Positions 22,611 through 35,184 of a DNA stretch of 48,435 bases are shown here, one piece after another. Both the position numbers and the translations under genes were made by a program. A model generated the notes under the pieces. The model did not search any database, was not told where the DNA came from, and saw only the letters and a list, made by a program, of their open reading frames with translations. The stretch covers positions 1 through 48,435 of the forward strand of contig NIVC01004364.1 in the NCBI GenBank assembly GCA_002269645.1, read 5' to 3'. Positions within the stretch are counted from its first letter, which is position 1, and each line of letters begins with the position of its first letter. The stretch comes from Macrostomum lignano (lineage: Eukaryota).

Positions 22611-23249
22611 CCATTTAAATCCGTTTGTCGAGCACATAGAGATAATTTATTGGTCTTCGATTTTCGATCTGTATCGATTTATGTAAAAATAGCCGGTCTG
22701 CAGCTGTGTCTCAGCCCAGTGGCTCCTCAACGGAAAGGTTCTGATGATTTCGAAGTCAGGTAGAGTCGAGGTGATCTTTCAGCGACAATTTTACCCATCG
22801 GCAGTTCTGGCCATTCCGCAGACACCTGAGCTCACACAAGCGCGCCAATACTGCACGCAGGCACGGCACTCATATGCGCTCACACAGGCTGTACAGCAAC
22901 CTTGACTTACTAATCATCAAGCATGCACACTCTCTGTGCTTTTAGGGCTTTGCCCACATGAGTGTGTGAACCGCACGACAGCCCTGGCCTCGTATTAAAT
23001 GCAACGATCTGTATGAAAATTCCTTTAAAACTCTTAGAACTACACGTGTACTCGGCGTTTCTCTGAGACCCTGGCGCCCCAGAATCTGTTGTCCACGCTA
23101 CATATGTTCACGCCTCGGCTCAAAGTCGCGCCTTGTAACACTGTCTTTCGTTAATTATGTTCCCTTTTAAGATCTCAAAACAGCTGTCTGATGTATTTTG
23201 GTTTGCTTGTTGTTGGCTTGTTGCTCAAGCAGCCTCGAGAAAATGGATG

Positions 23250-23306
23250 GCAGACTGTTGTAACACCGTGCAACAGAGGACGTCCAGCTCAGCGAGCTTT
23301 CAATGA
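23250..23306 (+). pseudogene. Decayed exon-2 fragment of the PAN-FReD family
   Basis: gactgttgtaacaccgtgcaacagaggacgtccagctcagcgagcttt (DCCNTVQQRTSSSASFQ*) aligns without gaps to gactgctggaccaccgtgcagcacagggtgtccggctcagtggacttt ([16 protein letters not shown]). Confidence 0.65.
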
Positions 23307-23345
23307 ACCCTGAAACTGCTCAATAATACCAAGCCCTAGCCTCTA

Positions 23346-24044
23346 AGTAGAATGCATGAGGGGGCTTCTGGGACAAAATTTTTCACGTCCTCCATAATCC
23401 CATTAAATCCATCCATATTATTATGAAATTTTTTTTTTCAAAGGGTAAGGACCCTGGGTTAGGGGATTTAAAGTTTTAGGGATGTGGTAGCACGTTGCGG
23501 ATTGAATGTGGGGAGAAGAATGCAGATTATTTTCTGATTGTTTCGAAGATGCTATGGGTGGATGTCAGTGGATTATGTAGGACACCTGTTATGCTCTGAT
23601 TCTGTCATGGAGGAAGGAGGATTAGTTAGGAGGATTATAGATGACGTTTTGTGAGCGAGTAGGACACCTGTTATGCTCTGATTCAGGGATAATATGGATG
23701 GATTTAATGGGATTATGTTCGAAGTTTTCGGAGCAAGTAGGACACCTGTTTGCTCTGATTCTGTCGGGAACAATATGGATGGATTTAATGGGATTATGGA
23801 GGACGTTTTGTGAGCGAGTGCGACCCCCCCCCCGTTTTTTTCTGATTCTGTCAGGGATAATATGGATGGATTTAGGATTATGTTCGAAGTTTTCGAACTT
23901 CGAACTTCGAACATAATCCTCGAAAGGGGGGAGCAAGTGCGACCCCCCTTTTTCTGATTCTGTCGGGGATAATATGGATGGATTTAATGGGATTATGGAG
24001 GACGTGAACAATTTTGTCCCAGAAGCCCCCTCATGCATTCTACT
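23346..24044. mobile_element. Non-autonomous TIR element (~700 bp)
   Basis: ~75-bp near-perfect terminal inverted repeats (agtagaatgcatgagggggcttctgggacaaaa...) and internal subterminal repeats aatatggatggatttaatgggattat. No TSD found. Confidence 0.75.
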
Positions 24045-24739
24045 CCCCTAGTCTATATTTTTATACATTGTTATCCAGACACACAAGATCTGCTTGACTG
24101 AGTATTTGACTGAGACTACTGTGCATTGAACTACCAACACAACTGAACCTTCGAAATGCAACTCAAATAATATAAAACCCCACGTTCAACGTGGTAACAA
24201 AATTCGGTAACGAATTTGCGAGAATTTTCTACTTGAGCAGCATGTCTGAATGCAAATGAATGAGCATTCAAGAGTCTGAGACTTGACTTTATCGTCTTAA
24301 CAGGTGTTGGACAGCTAAACTTGTCGAGTTTGTAATTGCGTGTAACGATGGAGAGGAAAAAGCCAGTTTATTTACCGGCAATATGCAATAAACAAAAGGA
24401 TAGATTCTAGTTTTGGTTGAAGATCGCGTAGCTACGTGCGTAATCCCACTGGAGGATTTCCAAGAAACAGTCGAGCAAGCAAATGACAAAACCCAGTCAG
24501 AAAGGAGAAACTGAAAATCAGGCACTCATTGTGCGTAGTACTGGATAAACCTCATCGACAGACCTGTGTAAAACCTGATTACGTGCTCTGCTCTGAGTTT
24601 GACGATGACGTCTACAAAATATAATCCAATAAGTAAACTGTAAGTGAAAAAAACTTGACACGAATATTTATAAGTCCATAAAGTCTCTCTTGGATAAAGA
24701 TTAACATCGACAGAATTAACTTTTGCAAACTTTGTTGCC

Positions 24740-25760
24740 TCAAAGGATGAGCATTTCGATCTCTTTTAGCGAGTAGTACGGACCGAACGGCGACTTCCAG
24801 ATCACACCTTGAGCGCGCGGGCCACCAATGGCTGACGAGAAATCGCGGTACTGTCCGTTCGGGTGCGTGTTGTGGCAGTCAGCGAACCACCAGGCTCCGA
24901 AGTAGCGAGAGCCGCAGTTGTCGGAGTGAACGTCGTGGTCGGCGTCCTTGGTGGTGAACTGGAAGTCGTTGCTTCTGGCCAGCGAGTCGCCGATGCCGGC
25001 GCTGCCGGAGAAGCCGGACACGCTCAGCCGGTAGTTGTCAGATTCGGGACCCACGGAGAAGCTGGAGTACTCAGCCCAGTGCTCAGAGTCGTTCCAGGCC
25101 TTCATCAGAATCCTCAGCTTCCGAGGACCAGAAGCAGTGAGATCGTGAAGAGTGTTTAGACCTACATTGAGAAAGATAAATAAAATCATTATGATGTCAC
25201 TTAGCTAAAAATTGCAGACAAAGAAGCAATGCCAATAAAAATCTTATAGAACCATACAAATGGTTACCTATCCAGTAGTTTCCGTCGGGTCCCTCGCCGA
25301 ACTCGCTCTGGTACTGAGTCCAGCCGCGGTAAAAGTCCACTGAGCCGGACACCCTGTGCTGCACGGTGGTCCAGCAGTCACTGCTGATGGTCTGAAAGGG
25401 GAAAAACTATAAAAGTCAAAATTAAAATTTGACTCCATACGAGAGCACAGTGAGAAGACTTACATTTCGATTCAGCCACACTATTTCAGCCCCACTGTTT
25501 ACATCGCGGCACTTCCTGAAGCTGCTCAGGCATCGGTAGTGAGTGCACTGGCGAGAGCTGGAGTTGAATGCCACCAGCTGCACTGCAGAGTCGTGGCTTG
25601 CAGTACCAGTACATTGGATCTTGGACTGAGCCGTGACCGACCTTAGTGACTCATAGTTAGAGAGGCGGTCACAGCTTGACCACCAGCTTGTCAACAAAGC
25701 ATCGCTGAATGTCAGCGAAGTTTCTGCAGCCAGCAGCAGTAAGCAAGTCAAGTAGTTCAT
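24740..25760 (-). CDS. Secreted PAN/apple-like + fibrinogen-related domain protein, copy 3
   Basis: Exons 25760-25464, 25391-25268, 25161-24740, intact frame (280 aa). Signal peptide [19 protein letters not shown]. Confidence 0.9.
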
Positions 25761-26763
25761 TGGAGATATTGTATCTTTGTCTGAATTTTGGCGAAAGACA
25801 GTGGCATGCAGAATAAGAATCAGAAAGCCGTAAGTATTAAGTAACAGTGCACTAACGACTATGATGCCTCAGCTACTTCACCAAACGAATGAAAAGCCTT
25901 TGTCTTGGCACAACTTACGTTTTATGAAAACTCTTTGCTTACGTAGTAGGCTTATAGCAGGTTCCGATTAAGCTTCCCATGTGTCAGGGTGGCTTCCTCG
26001 CAGGGCCTCATTAGTTTTATAACTTTCCCGCCCAAAGCAGACAGATGCGTGGTCTTTTTTGACGGAGGTGATGCTGCTGGAAGATGCAGGGTTAGGAGGC
26101 TTTAGCTAGAGCCCAATAAGGTAGACTTTGGGTATAGAAAAGCTAAAGAAACTGTCATTTGAAACTCACTCAGTTTTTTACTGCCACAGAAGCACCGAAA
26201 TTCTGCGGCAGTAGCTAATTGGCAATTGCGCATTAATTTTTAACGGCACGAGCAGAGTGGCTGCATGCGATGCTGTTGAATTACCTCAAAAATACAACGA
26301 GGTACTTTCAAGAGCTTCCATGTGCTCTTTCTCAGCATCCATCATACTTCGTAGTTGAAACATTGGGATGCATGATGAACTTAGTGCGGCAATGTCAAGA
26401 AAAAACTACAATTTTCCCAAAGAGATCCCAAAGCTCATTAGTGACATGAACGCAGGGGTAGTGCAGAGTCTTTAACAGCCGCTGGAATTCTTGGATGAAG
26501 GCTCGCATTTGTTCCACGGCCTGTGCTGAGTACCCCCCGCGCCTTGCCGCTGTGTCCCTTCCGGGACAGCCCTGCAGCTAAGAGGCTGAGTAGCTTTATG
26601 TCGCGCCGATGTTCCATGGGTTCGATTCGGCAATGTGCAGGCTGCATTGGTTCGGATTTAATGAACGGACGAGGATATAGAGGTGTACAGAAGACCTGTG
26701 ATTGCTGTTGATTTTAAGCGCGCTCCATTTATGCTGTCGGGGTCAATACTTTGATCGAGTAAG

Positions 26764-27030
26764 GACTAGTTGGCAGGTAAAGGCTGGGCCTCTTGCTTGT
26801 CGGAGGAAGGACTAGTTGGCAGGTAAGTGCTGAGCCTCTTGCTAGTCGGAGGAAGGTCTAGTTGGCAGGTAAGTGCTGAGCCTCTTGCTAGTCGGAGGAA
26901 GGTCTAGTTGGCAGGTAAGTGCTGAGCCTCTTGCTAGTCGGAGGAAGGTCTAGTTGGCAGGTAAGTGCTGAGCCTCTTGCTAGTCGGAGGAAGGACTAGT
27001 TGGCAGGTAAGTGCTGAGCCTCTTTCTAGT
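26764..27030. repeat. 46-bp tandem repeat (aggactagttggcaggtaagtgctgagcctcttgctagtcggagga)n
   Basis: About 6 units between FReD copies 3 and 4. Confidence 0.93.
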
Positions 27031-27682
27031 CGGAAACGCGATTTCGAGACAGCTGGTTTGGTGAGCCAGTTCGCACAGGCTTGTAGATTAGCCTATCTCC
27101 GGATCAGCTTATTTATACCTTTACAGATTCTCCCTGTTTGTCTCTCGCTGTTCTCTCTGAGCTATAAAACCCAGATGCTCGCCGCGACGATATCGAAACG
27201 TAAACTGTACACAGGGCTAATAAGCCCTCTCGATGATATATCTATTGCAGTCAGTCAGAATCAGCCAGCGTGGAGGGGGGTGGGTGAGATGGGCCTGGGC
27301 TAAATCAGCGTACATAGCGAACTATATAAAGCACGTTCATTAAATCACGCAATGCAAGGAAAATCAATACATTAATAGTCTACCTCCGAAACACTGATCA
27401 TCTGACAGGAGTGGGAGGCCAGAGTATTATGTGATTGATCTGTATGCTTTCAGGCCCGGCAAGCCTCTCATCAAGTTGAAGCCTTCAGAATTTAGGCTAT
27501 ACGAGTGTGTTAGAGGGAAGGAAAATAATCTTCTTACTCTATAATTTTGAAGCCAACTAACAATAAAACACTAACTACCAAATTTAGTCAAGTTCTATTC
27601 AAATAGTAATAGCCTTATTTAACCATTACCGATTCATTGTTTATCATAGTCTCATAGAACAAGCAACGGCAGATCTGTTTCT

Positions 27683-28716
27683 TTAGAGAACAAGCATTTC
27701 GATCTCTTTCAGCGAGTAGTACGGACCGAACGGCGACTTCCAGATTATACCCTGGGCCCTCGGGCCATCAATGGCTGACGAGAAATCGCGGTACTGTCCG
27801 TTCGGGTGCGTGTTGTGGCAGTCAGCGAACCACCAGGCTCCGAAGTAGCGCGAGCCGCAGTTGTCGGAGTGAACGTCGTGGTCGGCGTCCTTGGTGGTGA
27901 ACTGAAAGTCGTTGCTTCTGGCCAGCGAGTCGCCGATGCCGGCGCTGCCGGAGAAGCCGGACACGCTCAGCCGGTAGTTGTCAGACTCGGGACCTACGGA
28001 GAAGCTGGAGTACTCAGCCCAGTGCTCAGAGTCGTTCCAGGCCTTCATCAGAATCCTCAGCTTCCGAGGACCAGAAGCAGTGAGATCGTGAAGAGTGTTT
28101 AGACCTACATTGAGAAAGATAAATAAAATCATGATGTCACTTAGCTAAAAATTGCAGCCAAAGAAGCATGCCAATAAAAAGCTTATAGAACCATACAAAT
28201 GGTTACCGATCCAGTAGTTTCCATCGGGTCCCTCGCCGAACTCGCTCTGGTACTGAGTCCAGCCGCGGTAAAAGTCCACTGAGCCGGAGACCCTGTGCTG
28301 CACGGTGGTCCAGCAGTCACTGCCGGCTGTCTGCAATGTAAAAAGATTTTTTGGAAAAGTGCCAATTCAGACTATGTTAATGCAAATTCTGCTGACACAG
28401 GACTCACCCACACTCGCTGAGCTCCCTTGTTCGCATTGCGGCACTTCCTGCAGTGTCTCAGGTCCAGGCGACACCTGAAGTGAGCGCACAGGCCGGAGCT
28501 GGCGTTGAACACCACCAGCTGCACAGCGGAGTCACTTCTGGCAGCGGCAGTGCACTGGATTTCAGAAGAAACTTTCAGCGACCTCAAGGCCTCATAGTCA
28601 AAGAAGCTGTCGCGGCTTGAGCTCCACTTTCTTTCGGACGACCCGGCGTGGATTTCAAAGTACTGGATTGAAAGAATCAGAGCACAGATGATATGCTTGA
28701 TTTCGATAGAATCCAT
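27683..28716 (-). CDS. Secreted PAN/apple-like + fibrinogen-related domain protein, copy 4
   Basis: Exons 28716-28408, 28330-28207, 28104-27683, intact frame (284 aa). Confidence 0.9.
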
Positions 28717-31700
28717 CGGCAGTAACTCTAATAGGTGAAGATGTGAGATCTCGTGATTTCGGCCTGCCTAATCTTGGGGTAGGTAAATCTCCAGGGTGCT
28801 TTTTCATGCAAAAATATCATAAATAGTTGTTTAAGTATAAAGCGAACGTTATCGATCGAACTGCAACTAATGGACGTTTTTAAATGCCCGTTTTTATCAA
28901 AGCTTCAGTTTCTATGCAACAATGCAAAGATTTTACTGACATTGCGAAGATACCAGAATAAAGGTAAATTGTCAACGGCCTGATGGGAGATATTTACGCG
29001 ATTACGCGATTTTTACTGTTGTAAAAGTGACATCTCTAAAATCGATATGCTGCTTTTAGCTTTTTCAAAGCTCTGCCCAAGGTCCGACTGGAGTGAACTG
29101 TAGCTAGCGCTCCAGCTGGTTTGAACAATGAGTATGCATAGCAACAAGACGGGCCACTCAGCATTGAATGAATAAATGCCTATGGGCTATGGCACTACTC
29201 TTAAATCTAGTAGGCTCACTTAAAAAATGCGTAAAGGGTTCGTAGGTAGTCCAGACGGCAGATTCTATATAATCTAGATGTGTCCCTCCATCTTTCGCTA
29301 ATGTATTTATAGGCTGCCACTGAGGCCCCGAAAACCCCGCCGGTGATTGGGCCACAGACACTAGGGGTACTGCTAATGCTTGAGAGAAGCAGAAGCTTTA
29401 GTTTATGGTCTTAACCCCGGGGTTTTCGCGCCAGGCGGCTGGAGTGGCACATCTCAGATAATATACATGTAGAATCTGTAGTCGAGACTGGGTATTTGCT
29501 GTCTATGGTCTTAAAATCGGTATGCAAATACATGTACGTGTTACGTCTGGTGCATTTGAATAGAAGCTTACAAAACACTGTTGCGGAAAATCTTCGAGTC
29601 ATGAACAGACCCAGACCACTGCGCAGCTGTAAGCTCAGAAAGCTGTATCTATCATCACAAACACTAGGGGACATTAATCGAATGGTACCCCTAGTTTCGT
29701 CTATATTGTAGACCGGGCTGGTTTTGCGATGCTGCCTACCAAATCCGAGTATGAGCGTATTGCGGGCTAGCTATTAAAGACCGCAGACTACCATAGACAG
29801 AGGTTTCTGCTGTTGCGTTGAATACAAATTGTTTTTTTCACACTAAGCTAGACCACAAACAATCAAGGTTGCAATCCTATACATAAAAGTAGATTATAAG
29901 ACCATATGGACATCACGATGGACATCTCTACCTCATTTTGAAACTAAATAGACAAGCATGAGCTTCAAATTGGACATCGAGGCTTTAATTTAAAGCCACT
30001 TCTCCCTATACGGGTCGAGTAATTTTCAAAGGCTATAGATCCTGTACCTAGTACCTAGTCACCCTAGTGGCTAGACTCAACGCGGTTTTTTTCTTTCTTT
30101 CTTGCTTTCTTTCGGTAGCTACTGTATGCTGCGTAGCTAGAGATCAGGGCGTGTAAGTGTTCCGAACAGGACTCAGTTATAATGGTAAGTTTTTTGGGAT
30201 ATACACATGTACATTACATGCGTATGCAAGTAGTGTGTGCAAGCTTCCTTCTTAGCCTATACTAATTCTTTTGGGATTAATAACAGATTTTAATAACAGA
30301 TTTAAAATTCAAATTCTATTCAGATTTTTTATTTAAAACTGTGCAATAAAAGTAAAATTGCTTATAACAAAATAGTATGCATTTTTAGCATAGCCTAAGG
30401 TAATACTTGACTACTTGTTTTATGTAGTAAAGTAATTTATAATTTATAAAAATTGTATTAAGTTGTTTGCACGTGATTTTGACTCCTCGTGTATTTTTCA
30501 GACAATTAATTCTACTTTTTAGTCGTCCGTCTCGATTAGGGCCTAGAAAAATCATCGTCGGCACTTTGAGGCTTTTCATATTACCAATTCCAGATTCAGA
30601 ATCGGTTCGGATCTTCCAAGAAAAACAGCAGTATAACTATTTAATTCTGTTGAATGTTTGACTGCCTTAACAACCTCACGACACTTGTCTTAGCACAATC
30701 TTTCACTTTCTTCTTGGCGATTGTCATTCAATAATAAAAACTTTATAGCACGTATCTCCCTCTAGTTATGGAGACAAAAAGTTATACTTCACAAATTGGT
30801 TCTGGTTCTGGAACCAGAACAAGCAATATGAAAAGGCGCTTTGTGTCCTTAGTAGTAGTACTAAGTACCTTAGTCGGCCTGCCCTTAGTCTATTTATATA
30901 ATTAAATTCTTAATTGATAATGTAATACTAGGCCCTAATAATATGATTATGAATTTAGCATAAATAAAATTTTATATTGAGCCGCTTAAGCAGCATCTTA
31001 AATAATGTTTAATCAGAATGACAGAAATAGCTGGCGCCTTGCCAGTTGCCATTCCATTTCTGGTGCCTAGTCACTAGTGTATTAAGAGTGAGACTATGGA
31101 CTTATTTACCCTTTTTAACTAAAACAATGCACACATTTAATAATTATTAATAAATATTTATTTTTAAGTTGCAGCTAAATATCTAATAAATAATATCTAA
31201 TTAATATTTATTAATATTGCCCTGTGGCAGCCAGACTGTATGCAACTGGCAGCACCAGTGCAGGCGTGCAGCTGCACTAGAAACCCCCTAACCTCTGTCT
31301 AGCTGAGGTGGGGTGGTTGCACACCGCGCTAGCCGGCTCGCTAGCCCGCTAAGCCAGGGGGTTGGTGTAGCCAATCATGCCATGCCACCTGTTTTGCACC
31401 TCCCTTGGCTTGGCCTCTCAATCTGTTTGTAAATATATAAATACAAACGCAAAGCAGCACAAAATCTTCGCTGCTATTCCATCTATTGAAACAAAAAGGC
31501 CTTCCACCTCAGCTCATTATTAATATTGCCCATTATTATTAGACCTAGCCCTGGCCTAGGTCTAATATTAAGCCAAGGCCTAGCTAGGCCTATAATAGTT
31601 GTCTTATATCTATATAAAATGTTGTGATTTAAACCTATTTTCAATTATCACTAAACGCTCATTGCTTAATGCTCATTGAGGCCCTAGATAAATCACAATC

Positions 31701-34341
31701 AAAATATTATGCTTAAGTGCAATCTAGGTATTTACTTGGCTATTTCTATGGCTATAGCTTATAGGTCAAAATGATGACAAATCAAAAGACAATAGGCCTA
31801 GTCAAAAGGGCAATGCAATAGTCTAAAAAGTGACAGTCACAATAATATAATGAACAATAATATGTTTATTATAATTACAAGTTCATATGTTATATTTTAG
31901 ACTTCTATATATAGTTAGGTAGCTATATATATATCTTGGTCATGGCACATGAGTCATGACCAAGATGGCCATACACCAAGATGACCACAGCTTTAAATAT
32001 TTAAATCAAGTAATATAAGCCTAGGTCTTTATATTTCACTTATTTCTTATTGATAGTATTTTATATTAGGTATAGATCTTCAAGTCTTAAAAAGATAGAT
32101 ACTATAGAGTGGCCCACATAACATGCCTGATTAAAAACATTAATAACTTTTGTCATTTGCAACCAATGCTGACAAAATTTTACAAAGTTGCCACATGTTT
32201 AGTATAGCATTATATTTGCAAAATTTATATATGCAAGCAAGCACTCATACATATACAAAAGGAGGTCCTAAGTTTAATGTCAAAAAAGCAAGCTGCAAGC
32301 ATGTGCTGCATTCACTATGCTTTCTATATGTGAGTGTATTTTAGTGTGCATAAATTTTGCAAATATAGCCTAATGCTATACTTGTTGCAATGTTGTGTTA
32401 ATATTTTGTCAACATTGGTTGTGAATAATTAAAAGTTATGAATGTTTTACTTTAAATCAGGCGCATTATATGGGCCACCTTATATAATAGTAACTATATT
32501 ATATAATAGGCCTAATCATTCCTTTTGGCTTCCGTTTTATTGTAACCTGACCAATAGATATTTATCCACTAAATAAAGCAAGTATATAGCCTAATACAAA
32601 ATAAAAACATTGCTGCCAGATATTTATCCCATTTTTATATACCATTACCACTAGCAATGGTTTCTTGATAAACTAATAGTGACAGATCAGATAGATGTAG
32701 GCTCTAATGATAGAGAATAAATTGGCACAAACATAGAAAAGATTAAAGTTTTTGTATGATAGGTAGGTAATTAGTTTCAAATCTATTATTTATTTCAGTA
32801 TTTATGAATATGACTGATTAAACATTTTATATAATAATTAATATAATAATAGCTATTAAGATTCTAATTAATGGTAAAAAGAGAGTAGATATAATAGAGA
32901 TTCAATATTGTGGCTATCTTGATGTGTGGCCATCTTGGTCTTACAATATGTAGGCCTATGTTAAAATGTATTTGTTGAAAATGCCTGAATAGTTAAAATT
33001 AGGCCTAGACTAAGGCCTATTTAAATATATTTGTTAAATGTATTAAAATGTATAAATATGCCTATCCAATATAGAATGTGTTAGAATATGTATAATAATA
33101 ATTTAGACATAGGGATCCAAGTTTAAAAACATTTTAAATGCTTAATTTTGATACTTGCACTGTTTGACTTTCAATATTTTAAGTAAACTTGTTTTGTCAA
33201 TATACTAAAAGCTTGATCAAGTGCTTGACTCTACAAAAGTACAAGTACAAATACTTGTACCAATACAAAAAATGCTAAAATACAATAAAAAATCAATGAA
33301 ATTTGTTGCACTTAATTTATTTGAAACATGTTTTTATTTATTTAAGATTATGAATAATATTCAAAAAAGTTTCAAAACTAAAATATGACTTTTGTTTTGT
33401 ATATTTAACTTTTTTTAAATTATTTGCTTTATTTAAATATTTTTTGTTAGTTTGCTATCATAGATCTGGAAAAGCTGCCTAGTATAACATATATGTTTAT
33501 TACTAATCTAATATAAGGTATGTATTGATTATGTGTAATAATTTTTTTCTAGAAGTATTTACAAGTTTTGTTTTTATTGTACAGCAAAACCATTGAAATG
33601 ATGCAAAATCTATATATAAATTTTACACTGTTAGTCTGTTTGTATGTCTATAATGTTTTAAGAACTTTTGTGCCAATTTTTTAAAACTAGCTTTAAAAAT
33701 ATTATTTTTCAGTGGTCAGGCATAACATTTTATTGATGAAACTTTCAAATTGAAAGTATGTAAAATATTTGAAAAATGTTTTTAATACCTTTCAGTGGGT
33801 GCTCCATTTGAATTTTGTTCCTTATTGTGCACACTGTATTGTACAAAGTACCTGGCTTTGTTTAGTTCAGCCATTTACATCTCTCCTTGACTAATGTATA
33901 CTGTAGAATGTATATTTAATAATAAAAGCTAATAAGTTTTTTCCCTTTGGCTTAGGCTTGTAGTTTGTGGTATTGATTGAGTTTTATTGTTTACCAGTCA
34001 GATAGACAATAAAGACAGGGGGTTCTAAAACTGGCCTGAAATGCAATGCACAGACAAAACAAGCCTTTTTCATCCCCTTAAACTGCTCTAATATTGTTTG
34101 TATTATTTTGCAACACAGAAGGCAGCACAGTTGCAGATGGGGGCAATAATGAGCCCAATTAATTCAGACTCAAATGAAAAAACAATGAAAAATTCAGATT
34201 GGAAGTCAATCAAATTTGAAATATGATGTTTTTTAATGCTTTCAACCTGTTTCAGGTCTTTTCAAACCATGTGATGTGAGCTTTGGCCAAGCTTTTGCTG
34301 CTGGCTATCTGGAGCAAACAATTTTCATCCTACACTGAAAG

Positions 34342-34911
34342 ATGGAGAAGCATCACAGAATTTCATTTCGAAGGGATGTAAATTTTACACTTGAGAGCTG
34401 CTTATTGCCTCTGCAGCAGGTGAGTCGGCGACGGGGTGTACATTGTTCAACTTTCATTGATTCCAGGCATCGTTTATTTGACCTTATCTGACCTCCGCCA
34501 TTCAAGCACGAGGACAAGAAAGAGATTGACTTGTCCGCCATTGTTCAACGCCTGACTGACGCCCCTTTGGAGCCGGGGCTGTTCGCCAAGTACCTCAGCC
34601 ACCAGCTGAACCTGCTGGCCAGGAGGCTGCGGCTTCGATTGGAGAGCCCGGGCATCGGCGCCCAGTTCACCCTCACCAGGCCTGATGGTGCCTTCGCTTT
34701 CCGGATTGTGCTGGACAGCTTGAAGGGCGCCGTCTGCCAGGTTGACGTCTGCCCCGGAGATAAATGCATTGTGAGTGCGGCCTGTGCTGCCCATCTCTGA
34801 CAGCTCTGGTGTTCGCTGGGGTACATCGTGATGTTTAGGTCTTGTGAAACTGGATGCTTGAAACTTGGGCCATGAGAAATTCAGGCCTTGTGAAACTCCC
34901 CGTATTCGCTG

Positions 34912-34944
<33 letters not shown>

Positions 34945-34947
34945 TGG

Positions 34948-35000
<53 letters not shown>

Positions 35001-35027
35001 TGGTGTCTGTCTGTCTGTCTGTCTTGG

Positions 35028-35100
<73 letters not shown>

Positions 35101-35151
35101 TGGTGTCTGTCTGTCTGTCTGTCTTGGTGTCTGTCTGTCTGTCTGTCTTGC

Positions 35152-35184
<33 letters not shown>

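Noticed and set aside
22741-22760. Hammerhead core ctgatga...gaa
   Set aside because: No GAAA and no stems I-III.
29362-29693. Possible MITE with ctaggggtac inverted ends
   Set aside because: Only a 10-bp match and no TSD.
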